Source of the DNA: Eledone cirrhosa
Lineage: Eukaryota
Direction: 5' to 3'
NCBI GenBank assembly: GCA_964016885.1
Contig: OZ024752.1
Location: 14,694,001-14,758,000 of the forward strand
DNA: 64,000 nucleotides
Shown here: piece after piece, positions 45,231-57,723 of the stretch
Layout: every line of letters begins with the position of its first letter
Numbering within the stretch: the stretch's first letter is position 1
Program-made: the position numbers and the translations under genes
Notes under the pieces: model-generated
The model's database searches: none
What the model saw: the letters and a program-made list of their open reading frames with translations, nothing else
What the model was told of the DNA's origin: nothing

Positions 45231-45899
45231 GACAATATTGATGGCCTAAAATATACAATCTCTACAACAGGAATACCTATATATATTAGGTTGTAACATA
45301 ACTTCCCGCCGATTTGTGATAACAAATAAATTATATCAACGGCAGGAATCTATGTGAAAACTCAATATATATATATATCTATAGCTCTTTTATAATTTAT
45401 AATAATGGAACTCAGTTTGGGAATTCTTACATACACTTCCGTCTGTATGTATTCAGACATTTTCTTTACAAACTGGCTAATATATTTTCTTTGATAAATA
45501 ATGTATTCCTCATTGTAAGAAACATGGCTCTAGGTTTAAAATATATTCATTTATTCAACACCACTAAAACGACTTTAAGTAAAACGTTTTTCATGCTCTG
45601 TGTAGATTGCTACACACGTTTTCAGTGGTGAAAAGGTGGCCATATGTATTGCGCATGTCACTTAATAGATGAAATTGTGATTCATTTTCTAACCCTTTTA
45701 TCTGTTAAGTGAACTATTAAATATTGATGTAATCATCACAATTCTTCGTTGTTTGCCTTTCTATTTGCATATTTTCTATAAAAGGCAATTGTTTAGGAAC
45801 TAGCGGAATTGGAACACACAATAAAGAATCAAAGAACTTCTGCGTTTCATAACACACACACACACACAGGTATATTATCTACTGTAATCGTAATTATGT

Positions 45900-46165
45900 G
45901 GAGGTACGTGGCCTAGTGATAATGGTGTTGGACTTACGATCATAATCTCGTGTGTTCGATTCCTGAGTTGCGTGTTGTGTTCTTGAGGAAAACACTTCAT
46001 TTCACGTTGCTCCAGTATACTCAGCTGAAAATGTGTACCAGCAATAGCTGGAGGTTTAACCCTGTAATGGACTGGCGTCCTGTCCATGGAGGAGTCTTGT
46101 ACTCTCAGTCGCTTTACGCCATGAAACCGGGATAAGCACCGGCCAAATGAGCCTTCTGACTTAAG
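45900..46165 (+). mobile_element. SINE family S2
   Basis: GTGGCCTAGTG A-box, GTTCGATTCC B-box; similar to 20890-21160. Confidence 0.82.
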
Positions 46166-47267
46166 GCAGACTATAGACTAAGAATCGTAATTATATAATG
46201 TGCATGCATAAATATATACATATATACATGCTTACACCAACAAAAATAACTAAACAAACGGCACAGTACATGGAAGAAATTTGATACACATTCATATGTA
46301 TCCCTACATACATGCAGACACATTTAAACGTAAGATTGGTAACAAATACAAAGTAATATATGAATGGGAAATGTATATTTCTAGGCCAACCGTTTTGTTT
46401 TTTATTTGTTTATTTTTAATGTCGACAGCAGTGAAGTTTCTATTTCTAAAGGTTGCTCTTATTCTCGACTGAAAAATATATGCCATATGCTTTCATTTCT
46501 ATATACTTTTGTGTATAAAAAAAATGTTTTCCTCTAATATATAACATTTTTTGCAGAACAATTTATGCAATTTTACTTTATTCTGCTTTCAACATATTTA
46601 CATTCCAATTTACGTTTCAATTATATTTTCTATTTGAATTACAACTTTTCTATTTATCGATAAAATATATTTACAATGAATAAAAATATAAACAGCTATG
46701 AAATTATTTTTCATAATATTACTTATATATAGGCATAATTTCATGATATATAGGATAAAAAATAAGATATAGGTCCCTCCTTCTGGTTTAATACAGGAAA
46801 AAGAAATACGAATATTACAAACGCAAAATTAGATTTCTTTATTTGGTTTAGAGTTGATGCGTGTGTGGAAAATATGGAATATATTTTTTGTTATATTGAT
46901 GTTCTTTCTTCACATTTGTGTAGATAAACATCAATCCAATAAAGAAACAAGAATATATTATATAACATTCATACCGCAGCCCCTATATGTAATGCATTAA
47001 AACAAGCCTTCCCATGTAGTTATGATTTTCTTAATGGACGTTTCTCGTGTTTGTACGCAAACAAGATCTGAAATTTGAATTCTTGGTTCTTTATTAAAGG
47101 ATTATAATAAAGATTGCAAGTTTATATACATAAGCTCCTTGCTTTGGTGACAAAAATAGACACTGCTACACGTAATGCAGAGGTTTCATTTTACAAACGT
47201 TTCGAAACTTTTACTGTTTTACCACTGATGGTTGTTGTTTTAAGTCCTACGTCATCGCTGTAAATAA

Positions 47268-47408
47268 GTGTTTCTACTTTAGACACAAGGCCAGGAGTCC
47301 GTAAAGATTAAAGGCGAAACTAACCTAGGCGTGATTTGAAATCAGACCGTAAAGGGCCGTCATTCTATGCCGCGAAACATTTGGTCCAACGCACTACCGA
47401 TTGTACCA
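47268..47408 (-). mobile_element. Degenerate, internally deleted S1 SINE
   Basis: TTTCTACTTTAGACACAAGGCCAG..GATTTGAAATCAGACCGTAAAGGG. Confidence 0.7.
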
Positions 47409-48169
47409 AAAGGTTCAAGTTCAGACGAAATGGTACCATCAAGACATTTATAGGTTCAGATTTACAGTAAATCCGCTTAGTGTATTGCAATACTGTTTAT
47501 TATATTATGCAGTGGTTATAGAACTTATTTTATTTCTCCTGGTAGAAGGAGAGTTAAATAATACAGAAGGATATCATCTATGATGTTGTGGTAAATATAA
47601 GGAAATGAAAAGCTTTTCATGATGTTATAATATTAAGCTTGACGAGAGAATCGGAGGAAGATAAATGATAAATTTATCGAATAATTGATCTCGATATTTA
47701 AAACTCCTCATTCTGTAATACGTTGAAATAAAAAAACATCTTTAAAAAATAGATTTATTAATTTAAATGTTTATAGAAATGTTACTACTAGAAGCATCAG
47801 TGTAGAACAATTTGCAATGTTAGGGTAAAGAATCCAATGTTTAAACTCGTGTCATAATTGTTATTTTGTGTTTCAAGAATATCTTGTTATTATGCGTTCA
47901 TGTGTTAGAGGTTGTTAAAAGATACAACCATTATTAGATATCCCTAATGGAAATCATCGCCTATAACTTTCAAACAATGTTGAAATGAATTTAGAGAGAT
48001 TTAATAAAATAGCTAACTACAATGTTCCATTATGACTCTAGACTAAAAGGACACTGAACTTGATCTGAAATTAAAAGTCTAAATTTTGCAGAATTTTTAC
48101 ATGTTTTGCGCATCGCATATTTGTGAATGGGGTAATTACGTTGTTATCTTTTGATCCGAGCGGTAGAGC

Positions 48170-48800
48170 GTCATGTGGTTAATATTTCAATGGTGTGTTA
48201 TTTGGAGTGATTCGACATCGAGTGACAAAGTGCGGAATAGGTGTTTTCTGTAGTAGTAAACTCTGGTCCTCGAATGTCTCATTTGTTTTTCAATTTTAAT
48301 ATTTTTGTTTTGTTCTTGAGTAGGCATCCATGTATGTTTTGTGGTAACATTGTAATGAAGGGAATGTGATATTTTGTTTTCCGTGTAGTTTGTTCTTATT
48401 TTTGGGACAGAACTTTGGCCCAAATAGGACTTGCATAATCCGCAATGGACTAATTAAAAATATTGTAGGGAGTTTGATCGTTGCGTGAATTTAATGTTCT
48501 TTACTCGAAAGAATTGTGATTCTAGAGATGTGGGTTTTGTATGTCGCGCACACATTGGGGGCTTATGGAATATATGAAGGGAGCCACCTATACGTTCTGA
48601 GAAAGAATGTTAAAGCCATGTTAGCATAAGGTAAAACGATTTCGTGTTAGAATATTCTTATCGTGTTCTGATATGTTTGGAGGAAATTCAGGATTATAAA
48701 TGTGTTGTTCAACTACATCACTCAGGCTTGATTTGTGTTTTAAAACTGTTGGATACTTTTTTTAATATAATTCGGTAGAGTTTTTGAGGTTTTAATGACT
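48170..48800 (-). pseudogene. Possible highly decayed PLE GIY-YIG remnant
   Basis: Minus strand ..SLQYF*LVHCGLCKSYLGQS.. resembles the Y..C..C..YIGQT pattern; weak. Confidence 0.3.
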
Positions 48801-49184
48801 TTATTTTTATCGCTGATTCAGTGATATGTAGATGATACCTCCTTATTTCCTGATCCAGTTTCACAGTGACGTATCGAACGTAAAGTTAACAGAAAAAGTA
48901 ATCATTCATGTTAAAATGCTATCTGTCGATAACATCAGTACACACGTGTAATTACTGATAACTTTGTTAAATGCAGTTGGCGTTAACAGGAAATTGTTTC
49001 TTCAAACACATATGCTATCTCTCCAGATATCGTATGAATGGAATATTGATATCACGTTGTTCCTGAAGTATTGCAATTAGTCACATGAATCTCTGTCGCT
49101 GCGATAAATATTAAATCACATATGATATAGGTTAGTATTATCATTATTATTATCATTATTATTATCATTATTATCATTATCCGA

Positions 49185-49340
49185 AGTCTCCTCCCTATTG
49201 GGGAATTTTTCTTTGTTATTTTTATTACATCCTCTGTTTTTGTTTTTTACACTCAGAAATGCCCATTTGTACCGTCCTGTACTGTCCTTAATGTCCTTAA
49301 TGTCTACTTTATGTAAACCCTTGAGATTAATAAAGAAAGT
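49185..49340 (+). mobile_element. Short 3'UTR-only copy related to the Tx1 element
   Basis: CCCTATTGGGGAATTTTTC..CCGTCCTGTAC..TTTATGT..CCCTTG..AATAAAGAAA shared with 32087-32270; ATT-type repeats on both sides. Confidence 0.75.
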
Positions 49341-49348
49341 ATTATTAT

Positions 49349-49392
<44 letters not shown>

Positions 49393-49512
49393 ATTTATTT
49401 GTCAAATTTTTATTTAAATGTAAAATATCGCCTGATTCTTTTACTTCTAATTGAGTATATAATGAAAAAGTATAATAAACCAGCGTATTCTGTGGGAATA
49501 TATTTGGTGCAA

Positions 49513-49602
<90 letters not shown>

Positions 49603-49631
49603 GAGTTATTTAGAAATGTATGCATAGGTAT

Positions 49632-50195
49632 AGTTTCTACTTTTGGCACAAGGCCAGCAATTATGCCAGTACATTACTGGTACTTTATTTTATCGACCCC
49701 GTAAGGATGAAAGGCAAAGTGGACCTCGGTGGGATTTGAACTCAGACTAAAAAGAGGCGTAACTCTATGCTGCAAAGCATGAGGTCCGACCATCTACAGA
49801 TACTGCCAACCACCGTATAAATAATTGTTTCTACTTCTGGCACAAGGCCAGCAAGTACCCGGTACATTACTTGTACTTTATTTTATCGACCCTGTAATGA
49901 TGAAAGGCAAAGTTGACCTCGGCGGGATTTGAACTCAGAATGGAAAGTGCCGTAACTCTATGCGTCAAAGCAGGACGTCCGACCCTCTACCGTTACTGCC
50001 AATCCAAATAATTGTTTCTACTTTTGGCACAAGGCCATCAATTACCCAGTACATTACTGGTACTTTATTTTATTGACCCCGTAATGATGAAAGGCAAAGT
50101 TAACCTCGGCGGGATTTGAACTCAGACCGCAAAGGGACGTAACTATGCTGGAAAGCATGGCGTCCGACCCTCTACCGATACTGCCAATCCACCGA
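49632..50195 (-). mobile_element. Three tandem S1 SINEs
   Basis: Copies at about 49632, 49823 and 50010. Confidence 0.88.
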
Positions 50196-50681
50196 ATCCA
50201 ACAATGTTATCAAAATATATACATAACATTTTTATCTCAGAACACATGTAATATATGATACTCTAAAATCATATATATAAAATAGTTGGAATATAATTTG
50301 AAAGTAAATTCGAGACTAAATGATATATATAACTATAACTTAACTCTGTAAACTAAGAAAAATATAAGTTATATTTCCCTTTGAAAAGAAACAGTTTTAC
50401 ATATATCTACGTAACATTAAACTTTACATACATATTAAAATGTCGTAAATTTATTTCTATCTTGATGCAACTATAGAAAATACAAAATAATATACATCTT
50501 CAATACTAAAATAGAATTACTTCCATATTCTTAAGCCATATATTGAAAATGTAAACAAATCTTCACACAACATATCATAACTATTCTTATATAAAACTTG
50601 TAAATTACGCATCTATTAAATAAATAACATATACACTGACTAAAACTATTTATATATATACAACTAACCTCTTATAATATG

Positions 50682-50793
50682 ATAAAATATACTTATAACT
50701 GTAATCTCCATAAAATATACTTATAACTGTAATCTCCATAAAATATACTTATAACTGTAATCTCCATAAAATATACTTATAACTGCAATCTTC
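50682..50793. repeat. 28 bp tandem repeat x4
   Basis: ATAAAATATACTTATAACTGTAATCTCC. Confidence 0.9.
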
Positions 50794-51294
50794 ATAATAT
50801 TAAAACACAAATAGAATAGACGCAATCGTATATATAAATACAAGATATCTATTACATTTTAAATTAATATTCTCTCACTGTAACACAATTATTTATAATT
50901 CACACATTATATTATAAATACTTCCAAATATATAATTATATAATAAAAATAAATAAATATAAATATTTCATTCTCTCTACACCCTCACAAATATGTTCTG
51001 TACAATTGTATAGGTACATTCCGATAAATATTCCCTTAATAACTTTAATATATTTTTTCTTAAAACCTTTCCTTAAATTTTCTTCCACCCTAATAATAAC
51101 CTTTTCTTATAAAATAATAATAATAATAATTATGTAAATTTACCTAGCCTCTAAACATAACGATCCTTTTCAGTTTAAACGTTATCCTCATTAGCATATT
51201 TATCTTGTGATTTGAAGTTTTTTCTTCACTATTCAAATAGAACTCACAACATTAAGTTATTGTCTGAATATGTCACTATCTGTAAACCAACTTT

Positions 51295-51359
51295 TTTATT
51301 TTATCTGATGAGTGCATACCAAAATGCTGGTACCCTTGAAATATATATAATAAAATAAA
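51295..51359 (+). ncRNA. Type I hammerhead motif related to family C, at the end of a probable PLE 3'UTR (~50220-51400)
   Basis: UUUAUUUUAU-CUGAUGA-GUGCAUACCA..UGGUACCCUU-GAAA-UAUAUA-UA|AUAAAAUAAA. Downstream AAATATGGTTTTATAAA..TTCCATTT is shared with 17432-17470. Confidence 0.65.
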
Positions 51360-51420
51360 TATGGTTTTATAAAGATAGCTTCCATTTATTAATATTATTG
51401 ATATATATATATATATATAT

Positions 51421-52697
51421 GTATACGTACATACATATATGTATACAGACGTACAGTAGTATGTATATATATATATATATATATATACATACATGCACAC
51501 ACATATATATATGAGGGTATGGATTCACCGAACATTTATTATAATGCTCGGTATGTTTGTAAACAAACATCCCGAATTAAGCCGTACAGTGTCTAGCAAC
51601 CATCGTTGCTCATTTGTACAACACTGACAAAGGAACGCTGTACTAGTTTCAAGCTTATTAGTTATCGTCACCAACGTGTACCTACCTGCCAGATGATTGA
51701 ACGTCTGGAAGTATATATTTTCCTTATGCATATTAACGGCTGAGCAGCCTAATTTGCATATCGATTGAGTTAATCGGCCGGGTGCACCGAAAATGATAAA
51801 CGGAAAAATGAAACGAAATTTCATTTCTCACTCTGAGTACGGCTGTTACTAAATATAAGTATGTATACGTACATACATATATGTATACAGACGTACAGTA
51901 GTATATATATATATATATATATACATGCACACATGCACATATATATATATATATGTACGTTTGGTTTCACCGAACATTTATTATAATGCTCGGTGTGTTT
52001 GTAAACAAACATCCCGTATTAAGCCGTAGTGTCTAGCAACCACCGTCGCTCGTTTGTTCAACACTGACAAAGGAACGCTGTACTAGTTTCAAGCTTGTTA
52101 GCTATCGTCAGCAACGTATACCTTCCTGCCAGATAGTTGAACGTCCGAAAGTATATACTTTCCTTATGCATATTAACGGTTGAATAGCCCAATTTGCATA
52201 TCGAGTGGGTTAATCGGCCGGGTGCACCGGAAAAAATGAAACGAAATATCATTTCCCACTCTTAGTACGGCTGTTACTTAAATAGAAGTATGTATACAGA
52301 CGTACACATATGTATACCGACGTACAGTAGTATGGATATATATACACATACATGCACACATATATATATATGTACGTATGGATTCACCAAACATTTATTA
52401 TAATGCTCGGTGTGTTTGTAAACATGCATCCCGTATTAAGCCGTAGTGTCTAACAACCACCGTTGCTCGTTTGTACAACACTGACAAAGGAACGCTGTAC
52501 TAGTTTCAAGCTTGTTAGCTATAGTCAGCAACGTATACCTTCCTGCCAGATAGTTGAACATCCGAAAGTATATACTTTTCTCATGCATATTAACGGCTGG
52601 GCAGCCTAATTTGCATATCGAGTGAGTTAATCGGCCGATATATCGGTATATACATACTACTGTACGTCTGTATACATATGTGTATGTAAGTATACTT
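51421..52697 (-). mobile_element. Tandem array of ~2.8 non-coding 430-440 bp units, one hammerhead each, with terminal inversion (retrozyme-like or non-autonomous PLE)
   Basis: Units start at 51421, 51863 and 52292. Hammerheads at 51635-51677, 52075-52117 and 52492-52534. 52647-52697 is an inverted copy of the unit start. Confidence 0.75.
52075..52117 (-). ncRNA. Minimal type I hammerhead motif (family E), core intact
   Basis: ACGUUG-CUGACGA-UAGCU AACA AGCUU-GAAA-CUAG-UA|CAGCGU. Confidence 0.75.
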
Positions 52698-52749
52698 ACT
52701 TATATATATATATATACATACATATATGTCTATATATATATAATATATT

Positions 52750-55648
52750 TATTAAAGTGTTATACGATATTCAATGAGTATGTCAAATAATGACTTTTAC
52801 AGTAGATTGGAAGCACTCGACGAAAAAATAATTTTCCGGAGTTATTAATATTAAAATATAAATATTAATAAAATAGATGTTCTTTTGATCAATTACATAT
52901 TATTATACATATTTCGGATCTACGTTCTCATCAGACAAAATATAATGATACATGACATACACTGAGATGTTAAATGGTTAAGATTTAATCAAGGTAGTGA
53001 TTAACCCAAGAGAAAATTTTACATATATAGCCTCATTATGAGAAAATGCGAAAACGTAATAAATTCATTAGAGAATGTGTGAGTAAGAAAAACGTTGCTT
53101 ACTGTAACTGATCTAGAGGTTGTAAAATGTATGATACTACGATATATCTAGGAACACAGCTCATGAATCGTGATAGCCACTGGAAAAGGAATATAAAGAG
53201 GGAAAGATAAAGGGTGGAGGGTGGTGGGGGGTGTATGCAGAAGGAGATTTTTTCCGGAAGTTAAACCGTTAAACATATTAGGTATGTAAAGCTTTTGAAG
53301 TACTTATTGTTATAAATATTTAAATAACGATTATGTATATAGGTATATATTAAGGAGCCAGTATGTTTAAGGTAAATAATAACGACGAAGATAAAAATAA
53401 AATAAGATAATAGATTGAGGCATGCTAAGGATAAATATACACCTATGTATAACAGGGTGTAAATGTATTAATTATTCTTTATCCAATATATCAACATATT
53501 ATTAGACATAGTGATGTATATATATAGATATATATTAGGTATTAGTGGTGTAGTATACTTTAGGTAAATGATAACAGTTATAATTTTATAAAGTAGTGTT
53601 CAACGTGTTACATTTAAATACATATATATATAAGAAAAACAATAATGAGTGCATGGATAATTCAGAGTTCAAAATAATGTCTATAATAATTTTTATTTGT
53701 ATATTTTCTTTATATTTGAATCACATATATAGAAATGTGGTTAGGTATATTTAAAAATATTTTAAAATATATAAAATATAATATATAACTACATACATAT
53801 TATAATACATTATATGACAGTATCGGTAGAGGGTCGGACGCCATGCTTTCCAGCATAGTTACGTCCCTTTACGATCTGAGTTCAAATCCCGCCGAGGTTC
53901 AGGTTGCCTTTCATCCTGACGGGGTCGATAAAATAACGTACCAGTAATGCACTGGGTAATTGCTGGGCTTGTGCCTAACGTAGAAACAATTATATTATAA
54001 ATAAGAGATCAAAAGCGCAGCAAAAATTCGCATTTATATATGTTTGAATCTGTCTTAAATTTTAGATTTTAAAGTGCAGTAAATATATTTAAAAGAAATA
54101 TATGCATATGCTATAATATACTATAAATAAGAGATAAAAAATTCATTAAAAATTCAGGTATAGATAAGTTCCATAAAAATGTATGGATTGGGTATTAAAC
54201 TAAAATTTAAAAGAGATCAAAAATGTATTAAACATTCACAGTTATAGATACATTTCGTAAATATGTAAGGATTAGGTATTATACTAAATTATAAGCATAG
54301 ATAGGAAGATAGGTAGAGAAATAAAGAAATGATGGTATTGATCAAAGTTAACAAAATAATGTTCTGTGTATCAATGTTCCGGCATGTTATTGAACAAGTG
54401 TCATTCATTCGAGCGTAGTTTCTTCTATAGATAGCTATAATACAAAGCAATATTAAAGGCCATTAATGTTTTTCACTGTTGATTATATATTCCTGGTAAC
54501 CAAGTTATTATTGGTTTGGTGTTATTGCCTCTTTTTTTCTAGTTTTATGGGAAGCTAAAAAAGTGAACGTAGCTCTATGGAGGCAACTAGAGAATAATTC
54601 CCTTTTTTTGTTAATTAGGGTCTCATAGTTATTAACAGGGTCTCCATTGTACAGAGCGGGCGGTTATTTGATATACTAGAGTTGCGGTAAATTCAACAGT
54701 TCCGAAGTTTTGTTCAAAGAATGGAGTATTTAAATTCTTCTCTTTTAAAGACCATGTGAGCTGTGATAAAGACGTGGATGATTTCCTCTTAGAGTTCGAG
54801 ATGAACTAGATTTAAACCATAGTTCTAGTTCGTATTCTCGATTTATTTAGCGTATGGGTGTTTGAATTATAATTATTAGAGTTTCTCTTATATATTTTAT
54901 TATTTTTATCATTATTATTAGGAATAATACTTGGATTATTATTATCTACATATTCTATATTATTCATATATCCTGCTCTTTTTAACGCGTTGTTGTAGTA
55001 TTCAGCGTTTTTATCAAATATATATTTATTAGCTGATATTTCATTAATACGTTTTTGCACACTATTTACTATAGCTTTTTTTTACAGATCTAGGGTGATT
55101 TGAATAGTTACTAACATAATTTAAGTTTTCATTAGGCTTATGAAAAGGGTAATAGAAGCCGGTGTTTAAGTTAAAGGTAACGTCACCCTAATATTATAAA
55201 TTAAATATTTTCAAATTTAACTGTTTAACTTTCGGAAAAAATCTCCTGTATATATAAAAAATGTATCTTTCCCTCTTTATAAATCCTTTTCCAGTGGCTA
55301 TCAATGGTTGTTATGATTCATGAGACGTTTTCCTAGATATATCGTAATATCATACATTTTAAAACCTCTAGAACAGTTACAGTAAGCAACGTTTTTCTTA
55401 CTCACACATTCTCTAGTGAATTTATTACGTTTTCGCATTTTCTCATAATTAGGCTTTATATGTAAAATTTTCTCTTGGCTTAATCACTACCTTGATTAAA
55501 TCTTAACCATTTAACATCTCAGGGTATGTCTTGTATCATTATATTTTGTCTGATGAGGACGTACTGTGGTACATCCGAAATATGTATAATAATAATATGT
55601 AATTGATCAAAACATCTATTTTATTAATATTTATATTTTAATATAATA
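52750..55648 (-). mobile_element. Naiad-like PLE, 5'-truncated and internally deleted, with inverted pLTR (55205-55648 vs 52845-53280); S1 SINE nested at 53817-53995
   Basis: Minus strand: DVTFNLNTGFYYPFHKPNENLNYVSNYSNHP..QKRINEISANKYIFDKNAEYYNNALKRAGY (RT thumb), then STSLSQLTWSLKEK..INKKRELFSSCLHR (EN end). Confidence 0.85.
55542..55597 (+). ncRNA. Minimal type I hammerhead motif (family F); inverted copy with shortened stem II at 52898-52942 (-)
   Basis: UAUUUUGU-CUGAUGA-GGACGUAC UGUG GUACAUCC-GAAA-UAUGUA-UA|AUAAUAAUA. Confidence 0.8.
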
Positions 55649-56257
55649 TATATATATATATATACATACATATATATGTCTATATATATATATATAATAT
55701 ATTTATGTCTATATATATATATACATACATATATTTATGTCTATATATATATATACATACATATATGTCATATATATATATATATATATATATAAGTCTT
55801 GGGTGAGAGATTGAAAAAGTTATGGGAAGGGTAAATAAGGGTGAATACTATTCGGTATGTTTCAGATAAAGATGATATTTTAAAGTATTTATCCATCGAT
55901 TGTTCACTAAAATAATGATGAGATTGCATGGCAGGAAATAAACTGTATAAGGACCCAACAACGTGAGACCGTCTCTGCGTCTGATTAGCAAATTGAAGCC
56001 AGAATGGAACAGATTGTATTCGCTTAAGCCTCCGAGCTGGACATTTGATAATTACGTGATACATATCAATATGATAAATATGAAACGTCGATATCTGATT
56101 ATGTATTGTGTGTGTGTGTGCGTGTGTCTATATAAGTAGTAACACTACAGCTAGTTCACCCTACCGGCACCGGTATGGTATGGTGAACTAACTGTTGTGT
56201 TACTAACTCTACCAAACGCGTCCCATGGACTGAGTTCTCTACCACTACGGATATTAC

Positions 56258-56319
<62 letters not shown>

Positions 56320-56599
56320 GCTCGCTCTCTCTCTCTCTCTCTTTCTCTTTCTCTCTCGCTCTCTCTTTCTCTTTCTCCCTTTCTCTCTCTCTCTCTCTCT
56401 CTCTCTGATGTGTGTGTGATTGTTTGTATATATGTGTGTGTATATAAGCAGCTGAATGGTCACAATTGTGATCCCTCTTACATTCTAGAGATGTAGTCAA
56501 TATTGGTAGCGCTTGTGTACCGTACGCTAGACATAGATGCAATTCAATCCAATCCCTTGACGTCATGTTACTTCTTCAAAATTAAGAATCACGGATCAT

Positions 56600-57000
56600 A
56601 ATTAGAATGAGGAAAATGCGAAGTTGTAGAGGTTAAAGTATCTTATATTAATAAAGCTGTGATACATATTTCAATGACGATCAGGGTCAATTGATTACGT
56701 AACCATTCTTCTGATCTTATAAGACAGAAACATTGAGTAAAAGGTTAGGTTTCCGAGACAGTCCTAGATACAAGGGAACGGACAAAACATTGCCCAACCG
56801 AGCGGTAATCCAAACAGAATCATAATTTATGTCCACTCCCTTGTCTTTAGGACTGCCGCGGAACCGTAACCTCTTACTCAATGCTTCTGTCTGATGAGAT
56901 CACGACAATGGTTAGATAATCAAGTGACCAAGATCACTTAAATATACATCACAGCTTTACGAATCCTTACCATCTACAACTTCGCATTTTCATCATTATA
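56600..57000. mobile_element. Diverged fold-back with two decayed hammerheads (56657-56727 minus; 56887-56954 plus)
   Basis: GAAAATGCGAAGTTGTAGA / TCTACAACTTCGCATTTTC and further inverted matches. One arm keeps CUGAUGA, the other keeps GAAA-UAUGUA-UC. Confidence 0.65.
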
Positions 57001-57006
57001 TATATA

Positions 57007-57345
57007 TATTGCCAAATATACTATACATAGATTCATGTATACATCACTATTTCAGAGCACAAATCCTAATACCTAATGTTTTGCTGGACCGGCAATCGTT
57101 CTGTATAATCAGCTGCTGATTATTACTGGGATTCTATAATAATCCAGCCTTTATAATGTTCGGCAAAGGCGGGGGAGTACGTTGCTCTGATGATCACCAA
57201 CAGTATGAAACAGACTCCGTTAGCTTCTCTCCCTTCTTTTGCCGAAAACAAGTGACATTGTCACTACTTTAAAAATGATAGCGCAAGGTCTTCAAAATGT
57301 TTTTAATTAAACATACGGTATATTGCCAAATATACTATACATACA

Positions 57346-57355
<10 letters not shown>
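57007..57355 (+). mobile_element. 314 bp unit bounded by ~35 bp direct repeats, containing a hammerhead-like motif (57159-57246)
   Basis: TATTGCCAAATATACTATACATA at 57007 and 57321. GCU-CUGAUGA..GAAAC..GUU|AGC with stem I extension UUCGGCAAAG / UUUUGCCGAA. Confidence 0.55.
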
Positions 57356-57404
<49 letters not shown>

Positions 57405-57432
57405 CATTCATTTTATACATTAAAACATTCAT

Positions 57433-57723
57433 TTTATGTAATCCTCTCATTGTTTTCGTTGCAGGTATTTTTAGTGATATGGAGTTTATCCTATTTATGT
57501 CGCATATATATAATTGTTGTTACTATGTAAATTTAATGATGTATTAGCGTATTCTTAACGTTTATTTGTATATATATAATATATATACAAATAAACGTTA
57601 AGAATACGCTAATACATCCCTAAATTTACATAGAAACAACAATTATATATATGCGACATAAATAGGATAAAATCCATATCACTAAAAATAACTGCAACGA
57701 ATACAATGAAAGGATTACATAAA
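57433..57723. repeat. ~290 bp palindrome centred on a TA run (~57578)
   Basis: TTAGCGTATTCTTAACGTTTATTTGTATATAT / ATATATACAAATAAACGTTAAGAATACGCTAA and outward. Confidence 0.9.
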
